Below, in pieces: positions 52,618 to 64,000 of a stretch of DNA of 64,000 bases. Source of the DNA: Thermoanaerobaculia bacterium (GTDB taxonomy: Bacteria; Acidobacteriota; Thermoanaerobaculia; Gp7-AA8); assembly GCA_035629395.1 (NCBI GenBank), contig DASPHZ010000002.1, forward strand, positions 69,423-133,422, written 5' to 3'. The position numbers and the translations under genes are program-made. The stretch's first letter is position 1. Each line of letters begins with the position of its first letter. Below the pieces are notes generated by a model that searched no databases, was not told where the DNA came from, and worked only from the letters and a program-made list of their open reading frames with translations.

Positions 52618-53540
52618 CGAAGCGCCACCTGATCCTCACCCTCGCCCTCTCCACGCTCCCGTTCGCGGTCATCGGCTGCGGCGGTGACGAGTCGAAGGCC
52701 GAAACCTCGACCGCGACCGCGACGGCCGCGTCGACGACTGCCGCCGCGCCGGATCTGCCGGCCGACGTGCAGGACATCGCCAACGCCACCGCCGCCGCGA
52801 CGGAGACGTCCGCCACGGCCGCGGCCGAGTCGAACACGTTCTCCGCGACCGGCGAGTTCGTCTCGCCGGTGCGCTCGGAGCTCTCCGCCCGCATCCCCGG
52901 ACGCGTGGCGAAGATGTACGTCGACGAAGGCTCGCGCGTCCGCCGCGGCCAGCCGGTGCTCGAGCTCGAGACGGAGTACTCGCGTCTCAACCTGCAGGCC
53001 GCGAACGCGGAAGTCGCGCGCGCGAAAGCCGCGCTCGACGAAGCGGGACGCGACCTCGAGCGCAAGCGCGGGCTGAGCGCGAAGGATTCGATCCCTCGCG
53101 CGACGCTCGACCGCTCGCAGGCGATGTTCGACCAGGCCAACGCCGCGCATCAGGCCGCGTCCGCGCAGGCTGCGTTGCTGCGCCAGCAGATCGCCGACGC
53201 TACGCTGCGCTCGCCGGTCGACGGCATCGTGGCCGAGAAGCGCGTCGACATCGGTGCACGCCTCGGCGACGGCGGCGTGGCCTTCGTCGTCGTGCAGACC
53301 TCCCCCCTCAAGCTCCGCTTCGCCGTCCCCGAGCGTTACCTCGGCCGCATCACCGCCGGCGACCAGGTCACCGCGCGCGTCGACCCGTACCCGAACGAAG
53401 CCTTCACGGGCGTCGTGAAGACCATGGGCGGCGTGATCGACCCGAAGACGCGAACGATGTTCGCCGAGGCGGAGTTCGCGAACCGCGACGGACGTTTGCG
53501 TCCGGGACTGTTCGCGAGAGTGGAAACGAAGCTCGATTGA
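52614..53540 (+). CDS. RND periplasmic adaptor (lipoprotein)
   Basis: Lipobox VIGC; LSARIPGRV, LRSPVDGIV, LRPGLFARV. Confidence 0.92.
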   Translation: MTKRHLILTLALSTLPFAVIGCGGDESKAETSTATATAASTTAAAPDLPADVQDIANATAAATETSATAAAESNTFSATGEFVSPVRSELSARIPGRVAKMYVDEGSRVRRGQPVLELETEYSRLNLQAANAEVARAKAALDEAGRDLERKRGLSAKDSIPRATLDRSQAMFDQANAAHQAASAQAALLRQQIADATLRSPVDGIVAEKRVDIGARLGDGGVAFVVVQTSPLKLRFAVPERYLGRITAGDQVTARVDPYPNEAFTGVVKTMGGVIDPKTRTMFAEAEFANRDGRLRPGLFARVETKLD

Positions 53541-53619
53541 TGTTGCTGGGGGCTGGTTGCTCGTTGCTTGCGATCCTCGCGAGACCTCACGAGCCACCAG
53601 CAACTAGCAACCAGGAACC
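53541..53619. repeat. Inverted heptamer repeat (GTTGCTG/CAGCAAC), same family as 3342
   Basis: TGTTGCTG...GTTGCTCGTTGCTT...GAGCCACCAGCAACTAGCAACCAGGAAC. Confidence 0.85.
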
Positions 53620-53625
53620 TTAGCC

Positions 53626-56892
<3,267 letters not shown>

Positions 56893-56910
56893 TCCGCTTT
56901 CTGGAAGGAC

Positions 56911-56946
56911 GAAAAGGCCGGTGCTTGCACCGGCCTTTTTCGTTTT
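56911..56946 (+). terminator. Rho-independent terminator
   Basis: AAAAGGCCGGTGC-TT-GCACCGGCCTTTTT after RND stop. Confidence 0.88.
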
Positions 56947-57001
56947 CACGCGGGAGGTCTCACGCTCGATCGGCGATCTGCGAAGCCTATACTTTGAAGG
57001 G

Positions 57002-58045
57002 ATGGGCTCGTTTTTCGCGAACGTGCAGGTCCTCGCGCCGCGCGACCTCGTGCGCGAGCGGCTGATCGCGCATGCGCGCGCCGGCGTTTACGAGCCGGCG
57101 CACGATGAATCGGATCGCGGCTGCGCGATGGCGACCTCCGGAGAGGGCTGGACGGTCGTGTACGACCAAGACATGGACGGACACGACCTGAAGTCGATCG
57201 AGGAGCTCGCGGCCACACTGTCGTTCGCGCCTGCACAGCTCGCGGTGAGCATCCTCGTCAGCGACAGCGACGAACTGGTGCTGTCGCTCTTCGAGGAAGG
57301 GAAGCGTCTCAACCGCCTTCGCGTCGTTCCCGGCAAGGCGGTGAAGATCGGCCCGAAGTGGCGCGCGGCGTTTCCGAAGCTGCCGGCGATTCTCCCGCCG
57401 CCGGAAGCGTTCGCCGAGGAGGTACTGACGCCCATCGCGGATGCAATGGGCGTCAGCGTCGATTCCCTGTCCGGCTCGTACGAGCACCGCGACGAGTTGC
57501 AGACGCCGCTCGAGGAGCTCCGCTTCGTGCTCAAGCCGGAGTACCGATTCATCCGCTGGGCCGAGGGTCCGCCGCAGTTCTGGACGCCGCAGGGCTCACG
57601 GCGCGACACCGCGGCCATCGGGCGCGATCTCTTTCTCAGCGCCACACTCCACAATAGAGGCGGCCCGTGCCGCGGCCTTTCCGTCATCCTCCTGCCTGGC
57701 GAGTGGCTGGAGCTCGTCGACGTGCAGCGCGTGCATCTCAGCATCGGCGCAAACTGCACGACCTTCGAGGCGGAGCCGCAGCTCGTCGAGAAGAACGGCG
57801 GGCGCGCTTTCGTGGTGACGTTCGAAGAAGCGACGCTCGACGCCTGGCCGGAGGAAGCCGTTGCGGAGACGCCGTGGCAATTCCGCAAGGCGCAGCACGC
57901 GTACGACCAGACGCGCATCTGGAGCTCGATCGTCGTGACGCCGAGGAGAGCAGGCAGTGCGACGCTCCGCGCCTTCTTCGTGCCGCGCGAGCATCCCCGC
58001 GGCGGCATGATCATCGACTACCAGCTCACGGTGACGGATGCGTGA
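57002..58045 (+). CDS. Hypothetical protein (347 aa)
   Basis: ATG 57002 after GAAGGG; normal codon usage; no recognised family. Confidence 0.7.
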   Translation: MGSFFANVQVLAPRDLVRERLIAHARAGVYEPAHDESDRGCAMATSGEGWTVVYDQDMDGHDLKSIEELAATLSFAPAQLAVSILVSDSDELVLSLFEEGKRLNRLRVVPGKAVKIGPKWRAAFPKLPAILPPPEAFAEEVLTPIADAMGVSVDSLSGSYEHRDELQTPLEELRFVLKPEYRFIRWAEGPPQFWTPQGSRRDTAAIGRDLFLSATLHNRGGPCRGLSVILLPGEWLELVDVQRVHLSIGANCTTFEAEPQLVEKNGGRAFVVTFEEATLDAWPEEAVAETPWQFRKAQHAYDQTRIWSSIVVTPRRAGSATLRAFFVPREHPRGGMIIDYQLTVTDA

Positions 58046-58295
58046 AGGCGAGAGGCTTTTGCCCGCGCCGTAGTGGCTGATATCGGTCCCCGCATCCCGC
58101 GCAGGGCGTCAGTCGCGTGAAGCCGTCCGCTTCCGCGGAAGCAGGACGTGCCCGGGTGATTGCAGTCGCGGATATACCCGCTCGAATGAACACGCGTGGA
58201 TTTCGTGCATCACGCCATTTGCGAATTGCACATCAGTCTCGCTGAGCCGCTGATCAATCTCGACGTGACGCCGATTTCCCCACAAAAGTCAGGGA

Positions 58296-58751
58296 TTGGT
58301 GTCTTTGTTATCGATGGCAGCTCACTGCGAGAGTGTGTTCCGGCTGCAGCGCAGCGTTTTGGGCCGGCAACTGAGCACCGTGAGGCAGACGATTTTGGCG
58401 GCCAGCTCCGCTCCGGCAGCCTTCGCACTGGTATTCATTATTTCGCAGCTAAGTGACGTGACCGGCGTACGCGTCGCGTTCTGCATTGTGAGAACGCTTA
58501 TCGGGATTCCATGTCCAGGCTGCGGGATCACGACCAGTATTGCGGCACTGACCCGCGGCAATGTAACGGCGGCTCTCGATGCGAATCCCGCTGGTCCCTT
58601 CGTCACTCTTTTCGTAATGGTGCAGGTGCTCCTGCTTCTCGCGGCCGTGACTCGCTTCCTGCCGGATGCTGCAACCGCTCGATACTCCCGGCTGAACGAT
58701 CGGGCTCTACTCACTTTCCTGCTACTTACCTGGCTGATACGTCTTTTCTAA
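58296..58751 (+). CDS. DUF2752 membrane protein (start uncertain)
   Basis: CIVRTLIGIPCPGCGITTS...ALDANP motif. Confidence 0.8.
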   Translation: MVSLLSMAAHCESVFRLQRSVLGRQLSTVRQTILAASSAPAAFALVFIISQLSDVTGVRVAFCIVRTLIGIPCPGCGITTSIAALTRGNVTAALDANPAGPFVTLFVMVQVLLLLAAVTRFLPDAATARYSRLNDRALLTFLLLTWLIRLF

Positions 58752-58761
58752 GGAGGCTTCG

Positions 58762-58929
58762 ATGGCACAAGTGACATGCCCCAAATGCAACACTCTCACG
58801 CAGCAGGGCGGATTTCCCTCGTGGACGATCATCGTGTCGATCTGCTTTTTCCCGGTAGGCCTGCTTGCGCTATTAGCGGGCCGGAACCCGGCGGTATGCC
58901 CGAATTGCGGCAATAGTTGGCAAAGCTGA
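58762..58929 (+). CDS. 55-aa LITAF/BRI3-like CxxC-hydrophobic-CxxC protein (not in ORF track)
   Basis: AGGAGG RBS; MAQVTCPKCNTLTQQGGFPSWTIIVSICFFPVGLLALLAGRNPAVCPNCGNSWQS. Confidence 0.8.
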   Translation: MAQVTCPKCNTLTQQGGFPSWTIIVSICFFPVGLLALLAGRNPAVCPNCGNSWQS

Positions 58930-59168
58930 CGACATAGAAGCTTCGCGGGTCATGTCCGTCGGCGGGTCCGAGCCGACATACACATCTCATGATGTGGCGG
59001 GCGCACGTCGGGTGTGGCGGCGGCGCTGCATCGCGTAGCATGAACGCTTAGTTCGGTTGCGCTGAAGCTGCGCGACTTGACGCACGCGTTCACCCTCGAT
59101 CGCGCGAGACTTCGACGCGAAAGTCTCGAGGTACATGAAGAATTGATGAAGGCTGCTTTGGATTCGAT

Positions 59169-59864
59169 TCAGTCAGCGCGCATGCCGAGGTCTGAATTGC
59201 TCGATAACGCCGTCGCCAGCGCCTCATTGAGAACCGGAATCCACGTCGCGTAACCGCGGTCGTTGGGATGGAACCGGTCGGCGGCGAAAAGGGAGGGGTC
59301 GTGGCGGAAGAGCGGCCCGGTCACGTCCGCGATCGGGGCGAAGATGAGTCCCTGGCTCGCCGCCTCGGCGCGGAACATCCGGTTCGCCTGCACCGTCCGC
59401 CATGCGGCGATGCCGCGGAGGATGCGGGGGATCCGCGGCGGCGACCCCATGTCAGGAGCGCCCGTGACGACGATGCGCACGTTCGGATTCGCGGCAGTCA
59501 GCGCCTGCACGATGGCGCGCAGATCCGCGCGCATGCGGGGCAGGGGCGTCAGGTGCGTGACGTCGTTCGCTCCCGCGGAGAGCAGGACGAGGTCGGGGCG
59601 GAGACTCGCGGCCACCGGAAGCTGACGCCGGCGTACATGACTCATGCGGGCCCCGGAGACGGCGAGGTTCGTCATCGTGACGGTGTGCCGCGCCGCGAGC
59701 GATCTCTCGGTGGCGATCGCGATCCCGAGCTCGTAAGTGCCGCCGACGCCGGCCGCCGTACTGTCCCCCAGCACGACGTAAGTGAGTGGCGGCCCCGCTG
59801 CCGTCGCGACGTCCACGCGCAGGAGAAACATCGCCAGTGCGCCGATGATGACCCTTCGTTTCAT
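59169..59864 (-). CDS. SGNH/GDSL hydrolase
   Basis: LGDS, AVSGA, GAND, DRFHP blocks. Confidence 0.92.
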   Translation of the reverse strand: MKRRVIIGALAMFLLRVDVATAAGPPLTYVVLGDSTAAGVGGTYELGIAIATERSLAARHTVTMTNLAVSGARMSHVRRRQLPVAASLRPDLVLLSAGANDVTHLTPLPRMRADLRAIVQALTAANPNVRIVVTGAPDMGSPPRIPRILRGIAAWRTVQANRMFRAEAASQGLIFAPIADVTGPLFRHDPSLFAADRFHPNDRGYATWIPVLNEALATALSSNSDLGMRAD

Positions 59865-59945
59865 GGAGATGCGACCGAGGTGTGCAGGTTGAAAGCCACC
59901 CGCCGACCTCCCGGTGTATCCTTTTCTCCTTCGGTCCGTCACGAA

Positions 59946-61484
59946 ATGAGAAAAGCGATCCTACTGGTGCTGCTGTGCGCGATGCCTCTGGCCGCGCAGA
60001 ACAATTCCATCGACGTCCTCCACTACCGCATCGAGCTCGAGCTTCGGGAGAAAGACGTCGCCGCGGCGACGGAGCTCACCATCCGCCCGGTCGCTGCGCC
60101 GCTCGAGATGCTCCTCCTCGACTTCGGCGAGCTGACCATCGACAGCGTGACCGTGGACGGCGAGGCGGCCACGCACGAGCGGCGCGAGAAGCAGCTCGCC
60201 ATTCGCGTGAATCGCACGAACACCGAGCCCTTCCGCGTCGTGATCCGTTACCACGGCACCCCCACGGACGGCCTCCTCCTGCGCGAGAACAAGTACGGCG
60301 ACCCGAGCGTGTTCGCCGACAACTGGCCCGATCGCGCGCGTCTCTGGATCCCCTCCGTCGATCACCCCTCCGACAAAGCGACCGTCGACTTCATCGTCAC
60401 CGCGCCCGAGAACTTCGGTGTCATCGCCAACGGCGCGCTCGTCCAAAGCACGCCTCTCGAAGGCGGGAACAAGCGCACGCACTGGCGCGAGACGACACCC
60501 ATCCCCGTGTACACCATGGTCATCGGGGCGGCCGAGTTCGCGGTGGTCAACGCGGGCGCGGCCTACGGCACGAACGTCGAGTACTGGCTCTACCCGCGCG
60601 ACGCGGAGCTCGGCCGCCAGTTCGGCCGCGTGCCGCGCATGGTCGCGTTCTACTCCAGCCTCGTCGGGCAGTATCCGTACGAGAAGCTCGCGCTCGTCCA
60701 GTCGTCGACGCGCTTCGGCGGGATGGAGAACGCGAGCGCGATCTTCCTCGACGAAAAACGGATCAACGGCGAGGCGTCGCTCGAAGGGCTGGTCGCCCAC
60801 GAGATCGCGCATCAATGGTTCGGCGACTCCGTGACGCAGCGCGAGTGGCACGACATCTGGCTGAGCGAAGGCTTCGCCACGTACTTTGGCAATCTCTTCT
60901 TCGAGCACGCGGACGGCCGCGACGTCTTCCTGCGCCGCATGCGCACCGACCGCGACGAGTATTTCAAGTCGCAGCGCAGGAACGCGTACGCCATTCACGA
61001 GCCGAAGATCACCGAGCCGCGCGAGCTCCTCAGCTCCATCACGTACGACAAGGCCGCGTGGGTGCTGCACATGCTGCGCGGCGTCATGGGCGACCGCGCC
61101 TTCTTCGCCACGGTGCGCGACTACTACAACGCCTATCGCGACCGCAACGCGAGCACGGGCGAATTGCGCGTCATCGCCGAGCGCCATCACGGCCAGCCGC
61201 TGGACTGGTTCTTCCGCCAGTGGATCTACGAGCCGGGACATCCGCAGCTCGCCACCAAATGGACATGGCGGGACGGGAAAGTGACGTTCGGCGTCGAGCA
61301 GAAGCAGAGCGGGACGGTATATCGCATCCCCACCACGATCGAGGTGCGCAACGGCAACGTCGCACGCCGCGAGACCGTGCTCATCGACGAGCGCACCGAG
61401 AACTTCGAGATCGCCGCGGACCGCAAGCCCGACGCGGTGACGCTCGATCCGGAGGAATGGGTGCTGAGGGAAACCGCGCAGTAG
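59946..61484 (+). CDS. Secreted M1 family aminopeptidase
   Basis: GGMEN, HEIAHQWFG...WLSEG, YDKA; signal peptide. Confidence 0.93.
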   Translation: MRKAILLVLLCAMPLAAQNNSIDVLHYRIELELREKDVAAATELTIRPVAAPLEMLLLDFGELTIDSVTVDGEAATHERREKQLAIRVNRTNTEPFRVVIRYHGTPTDGLLLRENKYGDPSVFADNWPDRARLWIPSVDHPSDKATVDFIVTAPENFGVIANGALVQSTPLEGGNKRTHWRETTPIPVYTMVIGAAEFAVVNAGAAYGTNVEYWLYPRDAELGRQFGRVPRMVAFYSSLVGQYPYEKLALVQSSTRFGGMENASAIFLDEKRINGEASLEGLVAHEIAHQWFGDSVTQREWHDIWLSEGFATYFGNLFFEHADGRDVFLRRMRTDRDEYFKSQRRNAYAIHEPKITEPRELLSSITYDKAAWVLHMLRGVMGDRAFFATVRDYYNAYRDRNASTGELRVIAERHHGQPLDWFFRQWIYEPGHPQLATKWTWRDGKVTFGVEQKQSGTVYRIPTTIEVRNGNVARRETVLIDERTENFEIAADRKPDAVTLDPEEWVLRETAQ

Positions 61485-61487
61485 TCC

Positions 61488-61540
61488 TTGACAGCTCTCC
61501 GTAACCGACTTACTGTATTAGTCGTCTAATACAGTAAGTC
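61488..61540 (+). promoter_or_regulatory. Sigma70 promoter overlapped by a YtrA-type operator palindrome
   Basis: TTGACA(61488)-17-TACTGT(61511); perfect inverted repeat GACTTACTGTATTAG-tcgt-CTAATACAGTAAGTC at 61507-61540. Confidence 0.88.
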
Positions 61541-61543
61541 AGG

Positions 61544-61945
61544 ATGAGCATGTTCGATATCAACCCAGCCGATGCTTCCCCGATCTGGCGCCAGATCGAG
61601 GAGGGGATGCGGCGAATGATCTCCCTCGGTACGTTGCACCCCGGCGCGGCCGTGCCGTCGGTGCGCGACCTCGCGCAGCAGTTGCGCGTCAATCCCAACA
61701 CCGTTGCCCGCGCCTACCAGAGGCTCACCGACGCGGGCGTCTTCGCGGTGCGCCGCGGCGAAGGAACGTTCGTCGCCGACGCGCCCGCACAACTGAGGAA
61801 ATCCGAGCGCAACGAGACCCTGCGCGACGCCGCCACCCGCTACGCGGGCACGGCGCTGTCCGTAGGCGCCTCGCTCGAAGAAGCGAGCGCGGAGCTGGAG
61901 CACGGCTTCAGCCGACTCGTGCGCGAGCACAGGAGAAAAGCATGA
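61544..61945 (+). CDS. GntR regulator, YtrA subfamily
   Basis: PIWRQI, PSVRDLA, VNPNTVARAY, RGEGTFV; short C-terminus. Confidence 0.93.
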   Translation: MSMFDINPADASPIWRQIEEGMRRMISLGTLHPGAAVPSVRDLAQQLRVNPNTVARAYQRLTDAGVFAVRRGEGTFVADAPAQLRKSERNETLRDAATRYAGTALSVGASLEEASAELEHGFSRLVREHRRKA

Positions 61946-62832
61946 GCACTGCGATTCAGGCGGCGAACGTGAGCGTTCGCTACGGCAGAAAGACCGCGCT
62001 CGAAGACGTCTCGCTGTCGGTCGCACCCGGCAGCGTGTACGCCCTTCTCGGCCGCAACGGTTCCGGCAAATCCTCGCTGGTCCGCACGCTCCTCGGGCAG
62101 TTGCCTCCCGCGCAGGGACGCGCGACGCTGTTCGGCGAAGACGTGTGGCGCCATCGCACGCGGCTCATGGAGCGCGTCGGTGTCGTCCCGGAAGACGCGG
62201 ACGCACCGCCGGAGATGCGCGTGCGCGAGCTGGCGTGGTTCTCGTCGCGGCTGTACCCGCGCTGGAGCCAGGCCGCATTCGACGCGCGCATCGACCGCTT
62301 CGGCATCGACGCGAACGCACGCAGCGGCAATCTGTCGAAAGGGCAGAAGAAGCAGGTCTCGCTCGCGCTCGCGCTGGCCGCCTCGCCCGAGCTGCTGATC
62401 CTCGACGACCCGACCCTCGGCCTCGACGTCGTCGCACGCAAATCGCTCTTCGAGGAGGTCATCGCCGACATGGCCGATCGCGGCATCACCGTCTTCATTA
62501 CCACGCACGATCTCGCGCCCGTCGAGGCGATCGCCGATCGCGCGGCGATCCTGAAGAACGGCCGCATCGTCCTCGACGAAGAGCTGGAGACGATGAAGTC
62601 GCGCTTCCGCAGGATCCGCTTCGCCAGCCAGCCGCTCGCCCTCGCGCAGGCGAACCTCATCGCCACCGCCGTGCGGCAGTGGGGGACCGGCACCGAGGCG
62701 GTGGTGACGAATTACAACGACCTGGAGCTGGCGCGGTTGCAGGAGGCGGTTCCGACCGTCGACGTTGCCCCGCTGTCGCTCGAAGAGATCTTCATCGCCG
62801 TCGCCGGCGAAGAAAAAGGACAACAGTCATGA
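61942..62832 (+). CDS. ABC transporter ATP-binding protein (YtrB-like)
   Basis: GRNGSGKS, LSKGQ, LILDDPT, TTH. Confidence 0.93.
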   Translation: MSTAIQAANVSVRYGRKTALEDVSLSVAPGSVYALLGRNGSGKSSLVRTLLGQLPPAQGRATLFGEDVWRHRTRLMERVGVVPEDADAPPEMRVRELAWFSSRLYPRWSQAAFDARIDRFGIDANARSGNLSKGQKKQVSLALALAASPELLILDDPTLGLDVVARKSLFEEVIADMADRGITVFITTHDLAPVEAIADRAAILKNGRIVLDEELETMKSRFRRIRFASQPLALAQANLIATAVRQWGTGTEAVVTNYNDLELARLQEAVPTVDVAPLSLEEIFIAVAGEEKGQQS

Positions 62833-64000
62833 GCACTGCCCTGGTCATCGCGTCGCGCGAGCTGCGCGACCGCACACGCGTTCTCATCGTCGGCGCCGCG
62901 CTGGCGATCCTGCCGTTCCTCGTCGCGCTGATGCCGAGCGCGGAGTCGAATCGCGCCACCGTCATCTCCGCGCTCGGCGGCGGTGCGGCCATGGCGTACG
63001 GACTCTGCCTCGCACTGATGTACGGCGTCAGCGCCCTCGGACGCGAGCTGTCGGAGAAGCGTCTCTCGTTCTATTTTTCCAAACCGATCGCGCCGGTGGC
63101 GCTCTGGCTCGGCAAGACGGGCGCCGCGCTCGTCACGGTCGCCGGCGTCGCATTGCTCGTCGCCATTCCGTCGTTCCTCGCCGCGCGCGAGGAGTGGCTG
63201 GTGTTCTGGGGACGCGAGGACTGGTTCGTCTGGAAGCTCATCGCCGTCGTGGCGCTGTTCCTCTATTTCGGCGGACACGCGCTGTCGACGATGGTGCGCT
63301 CGCGCTCCGCGCTCGTCGCGCTCGACCTGGTGTGCGCGGTGGCGACGGTGATGCTGGCGTTGATGCTCGTGCGGCCGCTGCTCGAGCGCGGCGCCGTGGA
63401 ACGCGTGTTCGCCGTGTGGGCCGTGCTCGCCGGAGCGGCACTGCTCGCGGCGGCGATCGTTCCGGTCGTCCAGCTCTCGCGCGGACGCACCGACGTCCGC
63501 CGCAGCCACGCGGCGTATTCGAGCGTGCTGTGGCCGGTCATCGGGGTGTCTCTGCTGATCGCGGCCGCGTACACGATGTGGGTGACGTCACCGTCGTTGA
63601 AGAGCATCGACAAGATCGAGAACCTCGATCAGTCGGCGTCGGGGCAATGGGTTTTCTTCACCGGGACGGACAGCGCGCGCGGCGACGTCGCCTCGTCATT
63701 CCTGCTGAACACCGCCACCGGTGCGAGCGAGCGCATCCAGCCGCTGCGCTGGTCGAGTGTGAAGTTCTCGCGCGACGGCAGGACGCTGGTGTGGGTCGAA
63801 TCCGATGAGCTCCTGCCGCGCTTCGGCGCTGCACGCGTGCACACGCGCACCCTCGACGGCAGCGGCGCGGATGGCGAAACGTCGATTGCCACCGGCATCA
63901 GCGACGCGTTCACGGTGTCGGACGACGGCACGCGCATCGCCATCCTCGGCCGCGGTCAGTTGCGCGTGCACGAACTGGCGAGCGGCAAACTGCTCGCCGC
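62829..64000 (+). CDS. ABC transporter permease-like membrane protein with propeller-like extension (partial)
   Basis: ATG overlapping upstream stop; MSTALVIASRELRDR..., GRELSEKRLSFYFSKP, multiple TMs; open to window end. Confidence 0.8.
   Translation, partial: MSTALVIASRELRDRTRVLIVGAALAILPFLVALMPSAESNRATVISALGGGAAMAYGLCLALMYGVSALGRELSEKRLSFYFSKPIAPVALWLGKTGAALVTVAGVALLVAIPSFLAAREEWLVFWGREDWFVWKLIAVVALFLYFGGHALSTMVRSRSALVALDLVCAVATVMLALMLVRPLLERGAVERVFAVWAVLAGAALLAAAIVPVVQLSRGRTDVRRSHAAYSSVLWPVIGVSLLIAAAYTMWVTSPSLKSIDKIENLDQSASGQWVFFTGTDSARGDVASSFLLNTATGASERIQPLRWSSVKFSRDGRTLVWVESDELLPRFGAARVHTRTLDGSGADGETSIATGISDAFTVSDDGTRIAILGRGQLRVHELASGKLLA

Noticed and set aside
58046-59168. Integron cassette or IS ends around the low-GC islet
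   Set aside because: No convincing attC, terminal inverted repeats, target duplication or recombinase found.

Overview
GC-rich bacterial chromosomal window with about 50 CDSs. I found no rRNA, tRNA, CRISPR array, integrase or transposase. Gene content (TPR/CHAT-type protein, Hanks kinases with beta-propeller or ATPase-TPR modules, DUF5916, many secreted proteases) suggests Acidobacteriota, probably Thermoanaerobaculia (inference). Recognisable loci: hppD-hmgA-(hypothetical)-fahA tyrosine catabolism interrupted by a kinase cassette; purL; an ECF41 sigma factor/oxidoreductase pair with its consensus promoter; nnr-tsaE split by a decayed antitoxin/RES-like remnant; nadE; two TolC-MFP-RND efflux operons; a peptidoglycan-recycling set (Na+/solute symporter, NagZ, serine hydrolase-NamZ fusion); and a YtrA-type GntR-ABC operon. 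The most unusual signal is a set of inverted 7-mer/8-mer tandem-repeat elements at gene junctions. Each appears surrounded by a symmetric C-rich/G-rich compositional footprint extending into the neighbouring genes, and one is translated as part of a lipoprotein signal peptide. Other candidates: a secreted precursor with a 6-Cys hairpin C-terminus, a possible non-GST replacement for maleylacetoacetate isomerase, and an unlisted 55-aa LITAF-like zinc-ribbon gene. All product calls come from motif recognition by eye; no database searches were run.
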